A stretch of DNA of 63,542 bases, the filler included, from an uncultured Methanosarcinales archaeon (GTDB lineage Archaea > Nanobdellota > Nanobdellia > Woesearchaeales > GW2011-AR9): assembly GCA_964434885.1 (NCBI GenBank). It is 3 parts of 3 records of this genome, joined end to end, with 100 filler letters (N's around TTAATTAATTAA, not from the genome) between each part and the next. Parts side by side here need not be neighbours in the genome. Positions count along the whole stretch, not along the records: positions 44,574 to 63,542 come from CAYSWQ010000014.1; 2 more parts are not named here. One strand, given 5' to 3'. This document shows positions 57,727-63,542 of the stretch, piece after piece. The notes under the pieces were generated by a model. That model did no database searches and had not been told where the DNA came from. It saw only the letters and a program-made list of their open reading frames with translations. Positions within the stretch are counted from its first letter, which is position 1, and every line of letters begins with the position of its first letter. The position numbers and the translations under genes were made by a program.

Positions 57727-58225
57727 TGAATCTAGTCAAAGCAAAGATTACTCCTCTTTCGAAAGCTTCAGTTCTAGGAACATGGTTGTTAGTTAGAAAA
57801 CCAATGGCTCCACTTTTTTGTTTAGTGTTATGATCTCCGATTATTTCATCCATTACAGGACCTAGTTCTTTGCCTTTTCTAATTTCTTTAGCTACTTTTT
57901 CAGGTAGTAAAGTTCCACCGCTGTTGCCTAACCCTATGTTTCCGTGTTTATCTATTGCAGATACCCAACCAGTTAGGAACATTCCATGATCCATTTCTTG
58001 ACAATTACCTTCTAAACCAATTCCTAAATCTGCTTTGACTAATTCTAATGCATTTTTGGCTCTGGTGTTGGCTCCAATGATTGCTTCTTGATCTGATTTT
58101 GGCATTTCACTAATTCCAGAAGGAACGTTAACTGAAACCATTTCTGCTTCTGGCCATATTTTAGAAACAATGTTCTCAACCGCTTTTATCTTAACTGGAT
58201 TTTTAGAACCAATGGCTATCTTCAT
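57704..58225 (-). CDS. yjjX: Inosine/xanthosine triphosphatase
   Basis: GSKNPVKI.AV, GA..RA, GLEG, ELGPVMD, GAIGFLT. Confidence 0.92.
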   Translation of the reverse strand: MKIAIGSKNPVKIKAVENIVSKIWPEAEMVSVNVPSGISEMPKSDQEAIIGANTRAKNALELVKADLGIGLEGNCQEMDHGMFLTGWVSAIDKHGNIGLGNSGGTLLPEKVAKEIRKGKELGPVMDEIIGDHNTKQKSGAIGFLTNNHVPRTEAFERGVIFALTRFIKSEVYD

Positions 58226-58273
58226 ACTATCAAAAAAGTAAAATTGTATTTAAAGATTTGGGGTTTGAAGAAA

Positions 58274-58522
58274 TTATTTGTAAATTTTCTTACGATGACC
58301 AATCTTTACAACTAAAATTTTAATTTCTTTGTTATAAATTTTAATAATAATTCTATAATTGCCAGTCCGTAGTGCAAAACAAGAGGTTCCTACTATTTTT
58401 TTGGCGAAATAATGAGGCCGAATACGACATCTTTCAATTGTAGTTATAATTCTTTCTTGAATTTCTATCTCTAGTTTTTTCAATTGTTTTTTAGCTAGAT
58501 CAGAAAAACTTATTGCATACAT
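58274..58522 (-). CDS. relE: RelE/ParE-family toxin
   Basis: A.KQLKKL, LRTGNYRII, KIGHRKKIY. Confidence 0.9.
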   Translation of the reverse strand: MYAISFSDLAKKQLKKLEIEIQERIITTIERCRIRPHYFAKKIVGTSCFALRTGNYRIIIKIYNKEIKILVVKIGHRKKIYK

Positions 58523-58528
58523 TGGGTG

Positions 58529-58753
58529 TCACCTATTTAAACCCAACTCTTTTTTTACTTCTTCTAATGTATGGAATTTACCTTCTTTGTATTCTTTCTC
58601 AGCTTGCTCAATTTCTTTTTTTGTTTCTTCAGATAATTCCATGGTATCTTCTATTAAATCCCAAATAACCTCTTCATAACTTTCATTATCAAACATCTTT
58701 CTGTTCTTTAATTCTTGTACTAATTCCGGACTAACTTGGATTGTTGTTGCCAT
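58529..58753 (-). CDS. Cognate antitoxin
   Basis: MATTIQVS...ESYEEVI..L...G.F.TLEEVKKELG directly upstream of RelE. Confidence 0.85.
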   Translation of the reverse strand: MATTIQVSPELVQELKNRKMFDNESYEEVIWDLIEDTMELSEETKKEIEQAEKEYKEGKFHTLEEVKKELGLNR

Positions 58754-58776
58754 AGTTAACTATAGAATGCTATAGT
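58752..58776. promoter_or_regulatory. TA operator candidate
   Basis: ATAGTTAACTAT palindrome and ACTATAG-AATG-CTATAGT inverted repeat between TATA box and antitoxin start. Confidence 0.55.
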
Positions 58777-58835
58777 ATATAAATATTTCGGTAATAAACC
58801 ATGAATAAAATAAATAATAAAAAAAGAATAAGTTT

Positions 58836-59108
58836 AGGGGCACACCCGCAGTCGAAACAACCAAGCCTTACTAGTTTAACCTTAAGCACTTCTCGGATTT
58901 GCGACCCTCTGAACATGAAGATTGAACATTATGGCTGCTGCCGTCAGGCCCTGACCAGATTCTGAACAAGTCCATCCCAAAGGACAAACCGTCAGCAAAG
59001 ATACTTAAGACCAGCAAAACAAGATTATCCCTTAATTGGGCTTCGGCTCCATCGTAAAGCTCGTTGATGGTCACAAGGGAGAGCTAACCCCCCAGCCTAG
59101 CTGGCCCT
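58836..59108 (-). ncRNA. ffs: Archaeal SRP (7S) RNA
   Basis: 5' GGGCCAGCTAGGCTGGGGGGTT...GCCGAAGCC Alu-like domain; helix 8 GGTCAGGGCC-TGAC-GGCAGCAGCC; 5' and 3' ends pair. Confidence 0.85.
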
Positions 59109-59291
59109 GCTTATTTAAGATTATATTTGAGTTGAGGGTTTTTAAATGTTTCTAAAACTTTTTTAAAATTTTTTAAACACAAAAAAATTGAAAATTTCTT
59201 GTGTCCAAGAAAAATCTTTGTTTTTCTCCGGACCCTAAAAATTTTTTATTTTTGTAGGGTTTTGGTTGTTTTTGTGAAGAAGAGGGAGATT

Positions 59292-60104
59292 TTATTTACT
59301 CTTTAAAGCAAAAATCTTGTAAATTAGTTTAGCCAAAGTATAAGCTTCTACGCGATAATTATTGGTAGGTGCAAATTCAACTACGTCTGCCCCAATTACT
59401 TCTTTGTTTTTAAAAATAATTTGTAGAATTTCAATTAGTTGGTTCCAATTTAATCCTCCTGGTTCTGGAGTACCAGTATTGTTGATAAAATCAAAAGCAT
59501 CAACATCGATTGAAAGATAAACTTTTGATGAAAGGGAATCTAGTTTTTCAACCAAAATTTCTTTGTTGTAATCATAAGCTTTAATCAAATCAATATTTTG
59601 ATTTTGATCAATTATATTTTTTTCATCGATATCCATTGAACGAATTCCAATTTCTAAGATTTGGTGTTTTCCAACTAATTTTTGAGCCACACAACGATGA
59701 TTCAATTGAGAACCATTCCAAGAAAAAAACATATCTGGGTGGGCATCTAAGACAATTATAGAAACATCTTCTTCTAAATCAGTAGTCAAACCAATAGTAA
59801 CGGCATGGTCTCCACCAATACCAAGAACAAATTTGTTTTTATTTTCTTTAACTACTTGGGAAACTTTTTGAATCATTTCTTCTGGTTCAATAGCCTGGAT
59901 GGTTTCTAATTGTTCGATTCCATTTAAGAAAGGTTCAATATTAAATTGTTCATCATAATATTCTAGTTGGATTGATGCATCAATGATTTTTTCTGGGCCC
60001 AATTTTGCTCCTGATCCAGAAGTGACATTTTTTTCGTAAGCGATTGGTAGTATGATAAATTTTCCCTTTTTGTATTCTTCAGGTAGGTTCATCCAATAAT
60101 TCAT
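59292..60104 (-). CDS. speB: Agmatinase (ureohydrolase)
   Basis: GGDHAVT, LDAHPD, SIDVDAFD, GTPEPGG, DVVE. Confidence 0.9.
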   Translation of the reverse strand: MNYWMNLPEEYKKGKFIILPIAYEKNVTSGSGAKLGPEKIIDASIQLEYYDEQFNIEPFLNGIEQLETIQAIEPEEMIQKVSQVVKENKNKFVLGIGGDHAVTIGLTTDLEEDVSIIVLDAHPDMFFSWNGSQLNHRCVAQKLVGKHQILEIGIRSMDIDEKNIIDQNQNIDLIKAYDYNKEILVEKLDSLSSKVYLSIDVDAFDFINNTGTPEPGGLNWNQLIEILQIIFKNKEVIGADVVEFAPTNNYRVEAYTLAKLIYKIFALKSK

Positions 60105-60610
60105 TTTGATAACCTCTCCAAGACCCCATATAATATTTTATCAAACTCTTGGGTAATTTTTACCTTTTCTTCAAAGCCTTGATCTAAGTATTCTTTAACT
60201 AATTCATACATCTTCGTTAAATTCACTTCACCAATTTTATTCTTAATTTCATCAGAGCAAGGGCCATATTCATCTATTACATTTTCCAAAGTATACAAAA
60301 CAGCAGTAAATTTTGCTGTACGTAACCTACTTTTTTTCTCAATCCAACGATAAAGTGGTTCATCTTCTTTTTGAAGTTTTCTTCTAAAAGGTCTTCTTCC
60401 TTTAAGGTGATCTTTGTCAAATGAATCTTTAATAAAGTATGTGTCTGTAAGAAGAGTAAGCAAGTAGTCAATTTTGTCAACCCCTATTTCCTCAACATAT
60501 TCTTTTTTTACATTTGGAACAGAAGAATAAGAAGGCCCTGTAACTTCCCAACCATAATCTTGCTCTAATTTTAAGATAGCTTCTTCATTTGTCAACGAAT
60601 CAAGACTCAT
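60101..60610 (-). CDS. Hypothetical protein embedded in polyamine operon
   Basis: ATGA overlaps with both neighbours. Confidence 0.7.
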   Translation of the reverse strand: MSLDSLTNEEAILKLEQDYGWEVTGPSYSSVPNVKKEYVEEIGVDKIDYLLTLLTDTYFIKDSFDKDHLKGRRPFRRKLQKEDEPLYRWIEKKSRLRTAKFTAVLYTLENVIDEYGPCSDEIKNKIGEVNLTKMYELVKEYLDQGFEEKVKITQEFDKILYGVLERLSK

Positions 60611-61632
60611 TCTACAACCTCTGTTTCTAATTTTGTTAAATCGCAGAAATCACTAGAGAAATTATACGCTCCGGCATTAAGAAAAACTAATTGGTCTCCA
60701 ACTTGAGGATTATCTAAATAAGCCCGATACCGAAATAGATCCATAGAACAAGGAGTAATGCCTTTAACTACATAAGGAGTTCCATTTTTTAATTCATTTT
60801 CAATCTTCAGTTTAACTGGAACAACTAAAGCGTCTAGGTCAGAATTATAAACTGAAGCATTGATAACAATGTTGTAATTGTCAATTCCAATTATTGTTGT
60901 TATTAATTTTCCTGAAGGAGCAGCAATAAACCGACCAGGTTCAATCATCAATTTAATATTTTGATTATTTAACCAAGTTCTAAATTCTTTAATTTTATCA
61001 TAAATATTAGAAAAAACCTTGGTGTTAGTATTGGCGTATTCTGAAGGAAGACCACCACCAATATTAACTAAATCAAGATATTGAAAATTGTGTTCTTCGA
61101 TAATTTCTTGAAAATCATAAATTAAATTCCATTCGCTGAGATTTTGGGTTTTTCGATGAAAGTGAATCCCCAATTGATTAATTTTAGGATGTTTAGAAAG
61201 AGTTTTTATTTTTTGATTGACTACTTCTGAACTCATTCCAAAAACAAAATACCTCTCAGTACGAATCGAGTGTTCTTGGAGTTTTATTCTTAAAAATAAA
61301 TTAATTTTGTGGTCGTGTTTTTCTAAATAATTTAACAAAGTGTTTAAATCAGATTCATTATCAACAATGAAGGTATTAATCTTTTGATCAATTAGTTTTT
61401 GAATTTCTGTTTCTTGCCAAGCTTGAGCTAAGAAGATTACTCTAGATAAATCATGAATATGTTTTAATTCATTTTGAAAATGGACGGAAAAAAAACAATT
61501 CGTGATAGGTTCTAATAATTTGGTTACTTCTTGGTTTGTTTTGGAACTATAAGATACAAAATCAGAAATTTGTTTAACTTGTTCATACTGTCGAAGAACT
61601 TTACTTTTACTAATTACAAATTTTGGTTTCAT
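60607..61632 (-). CDS. PLP-dependent Orn/Lys/Arg/DAP decarboxylase family (fold III)
   Basis: YSSKTN, FG, HFH, NIGGG, EPGR, G.TPCSMD, AGAY. Confidence 0.88.
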   Translation of the reverse strand: MKPKFVISKSKVLRQYEQVKQISDFVSYSSKTNQEVTKLLEPITNCFFSVHFQNELKHIHDLSRVIFLAQAWQETEIQKLIDQKINTFIVDNESDLNTLLNYLEKHDHKINLFLRIKLQEHSIRTERYFVFGMSSEVVNQKIKTLSKHPKINQLGIHFHRKTQNLSEWNLIYDFQEIIEEHNFQYLDLVNIGGGLPSEYANTNTKVFSNIYDKIKEFRTWLNNQNIKLMIEPGRFIAAPSGKLITTIIGIDNYNIVINASVYNSDLDALVVPVKLKIENELKNGTPYVVKGITPCSMDLFRYRAYLDNPQVGDQLVFLNAGAYNFSSDFCDLTKLETEVVE

Positions 61633-62561
61633 ATGATTCCATCCGCAGTTAATTCTTCTAAAGCCTTAATCATTGCTAGGGGAAACATAATTGTAACATC
61701 TCCAATTACAGTAGCAATATCAGAATCTTCTTTTACTTTGCCCCAAGATTTAGCTTCGTTAGTGGTTGCTCCAGACATTGACCCTGAGGTTTTATGGGCA
61801 GTAGTCATATACACTGCATATTCAGCCCCTCCAGTTAAAAGAGTGCAAAGAATAGCATGGTGTTTACTAATAGATCCACCCAAAGCAATAACTGCTTTCT
61901 TATCATCATGAGTTGTGGTAAATAAAATATTACCAAAATCTTTCACTACATCCACAATAAAATCAGGGTGTTTTTGTTGAAACAAATATAAGTGAAATCC
62001 AAAAGAACCATCAGTAATTGCTGGACAAAAAATAGGTGTGTTGTTTTTGGCAGCTTGATAGAGAATTGAATTTTCGTCATTTAATAATAAACCAATTTCT
62101 CTTAGTAATTCGGAAACAGCCCAACGTTTTTGTTTTTGGTAAAGTTGTTTTAATATGGGCCCAATAAAATCTTCAAAATTCATATAGGCTTCATTGTTAA
62201 TATTTAAATTTCCTACTCGATTAATTCCCTGTTCATTTAATTCTACATCATCAGCTTCAAAATTACTAATTTTGAATTGTTCTCCGCGGGCTTTCATAAT
62301 ATCTTCTTCAATACCACCAACAGTAGTAACGATGATGTCTGCCATTTTTAATTTAATTAGTTGGGCAAAAAAACCTCTTAAGCCAGAAGTAACCATGTTA
62401 GAAGTAAAAGTTAAGAATATTTTAGCAGAATTTTTTTTCATCTTAATAATAACATCGGCAGCTTTAGCTAATTCTACACTTTGAAAACCAACTTGTTGGT
62501 ACTGAGTAATTAACTCTTGAACACTCATTCCTTTTTTCCAATTAAGATCTTTAACTTTCAT
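61629..62561 (-). CDS. dys: Deoxyhypusine synthase
   Basis: TSNMVTSGLR, GGIEED, NRVGN, PAITDGSFG, GG.ISKHH, GS.SGA...EAKSWGK. Confidence 0.95.
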   Translation of the reverse strand: MKVKDLNWKKGMSVQELITQYQQVGFQSVELAKAADVIIKMKKNSAKIFLTFTSNMVTSGLRGFFAQLIKLKMADIIVTTVGGIEEDIMKARGEQFKISNFEADDVELNEQGINRVGNLNINNEAYMNFEDFIGPILKQLYQKQKRWAVSELLREIGLLLNDENSILYQAAKNNTPIFCPAITDGSFGFHLYLFQQKHPDFIVDVVKDFGNILFTTTHDDKKAVIALGGSISKHHAILCTLLTGGAEYAVYMTTAHKTSGSMSGATTNEAKSWGKVKEDSDIATVIGDVTIMFPLAMIKALEELTADGII

Positions 62562-62674
62562 TTTAAAAATTTGATAACAAAATAACTACTAGAACAAAAC
62601 AATTAACTTCCACGTTTACGAACTAAAGACATGTTTAACTTAAAAAGAGGTGTTTTTTTAAAGGTTTTGTTAAT

Positions 62675-62944
62675 TTATTTGAATTTAGAGATGTTTTTTT
62701 CTATACTGGTAAAAGGGAAAGGTCTTTTATTGGATACAAAGTTTAAATATCTTAAGAAAACATACATTTGAGTATTCCAGATCTCACAAAAATAAGCTAG
62801 ATCTTTGTTTCTTTGATTGGTAAAAATAGTGATGATGAAATTTAATAAAGCCACAATTTGGATTGCTGCTTTCCAAATCCCCAATATAATTCCAGTAACA
62901 ATTCCAACAATGATTCTCATAAAAGCTTCTTTTCGTTCTGACAT
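62675..62944 (-). CDS. DUF4389-like small membrane protein
   Basis: Two TMs, RY..F....RPFPF C-terminal motif. Confidence 0.7.
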   Translation of the reverse strand: MSERKEAFMRIIVGIVTGIILGIWKAAIQIVALLNFIITIFTNQRNKDLAYFCEIWNTQMYVFLRYLNFVSNKRPFPFTSIEKNISKFK

Positions 62945-62950
62945 TTTTGA

Positions 62951-63538
62951 TCACCTTTTTTTCAAATTAAACTTTTTAATCTTACGATGTAAAGTTTCAG
63001 TTCTTATTTTTATTTTTTTAGCTGTTTGGGAGATGTTCCAAGAGTTTTCTTGTAAGGCATTATAAAGAAATTGTTTTTCAAATTCTCGTTCTGCTTCTTT
63101 CCAAGTGAATTCTTCTTTAGGAATAAATTTGGCAATGTTTTTAGAAAGATTTTTTACTTGTTCATAAATTTTCTCCATCTTTTTAGGTTGAATTATTTCT
63201 TCGTAATGTCCTAATGTTGTTCTTATTTGTTGACCAATAAAATCTTCTTGTTGTTTTTTTGGTTCAGAAGGTTTAGTTCTTAATTCTTTGATTTTAATTC
63301 CAAGATCTTTGATTGTTCGATGAATACTTCTACGATCAATGTTTAAGGTTTTGGCTAATTGAGAAATGTTGCCTTGATTAGCTTTTATTTCTTTTTTGAA
63401 AAATTCTTTTTTGAAGATTTTTTTAGCTTTAGGAAAATCAAGGTGTAAAGGAATGTAAATATTTAATCCTGGTTGTCTAAGTTTATCAGTGATATCTGCT
63501 TCGATTCTGGGAATGGAAATCCCTAAATGTCTTTCCAT
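62951..63538 (-). CDS. Protein with two Fis-type HTH domains (start may lie beyond window)
   Basis: NQGNISQLAKTLNIDRRSIHR and NSWNISQTAKKIKIRTETLHRKIKK, each preceded by an AxxxFE(K/R)-like helix. Confidence 0.8.
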   Translation of the reverse strand: MERHLGISIPRIEADITDKLRQPGLNIYIPLHLDFPKAKKIFKKEFFKKEIKANQGNISQLAKTLNIDRRSIHRTIKDLGIKIKELRTKPSEPKKQQEDFIGQQIRTTLGHYEEIIQPKKMEKIYEQVKNLSKNIAKFIPKEEFTWKEAEREFEKQFLYNALQENSWNISQTAKKIKIRTETLHRKIKKFNLKKR

Positions 63539-63542
63539 AGTT

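Noticed and set aside
58871..59074. 67-aa ORF from the track
   Set aside because: Lies wholly within the SRP RNA gene.
774..62484. Numerous short antisense or overlapping ORFs in the track (e.g. 960-1205, 10754-11002, 17791-18222, 28644-28892, 34788-35078, 50690-50920, 51291-51611, 61531-61911)
   Set aside because: Shadow ORFs of well-supported genes, with no motifs or independent start signals.
44574..63542. Shift in strand base skew relative to the earlier part of the window
   Set aside because: Coincides with a contig join, so it cannot be read as an origin or terminus.

Overview
AT-rich archaeal genomic DNA. Gene content, intron-bearing tRNAs and an S-layer gene point to a DPANN lineage, probably Woesearchaeota-like (inferred, not searched). 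At least three contigs are joined by N-TTAATTAATTAA-N linkers at ~23828-23927 and ~44474-44573, so adjacency across those points is not biological. Housekeeping genes include S-layer protein, ScpA, SepF, thermosome, uL16, GINS, cyclophilin, IscS/IscU, CutA, YjjX, a RelE-type toxin-antitoxin pair, SRP RNA and a deoxyhypusine synthase/decarboxylase/agmatinase operon. There are five tRNA genes, four with BHB introns, including a triple-intron tRNA-Ile. The stand-out is a tightly coupled five-gene operon at 27062-33238. It encodes an actinobacterial ARC/Mpa-type AAA ATPase, a beta-grasp-like protein ending GG-YF, a large protein with an E2-like HPF..ICIG motif, a JAB/MPN+ isopeptidase and a tandem-domain (Uba1-like) E1. 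This is a candidate self-contained ubiquitin-like tagging and unfolding system, flanked by a divergent regulator and a membrane Ser/Thr kinase. Also notable: a Hel308 helicase split into two separately promoted genes, a propeptide-less proteasome-beta-like protein, and a free-standing LAGLIDADG gene running into a tRNA 3' end. All calls come from motif reading only; no database searches were run.
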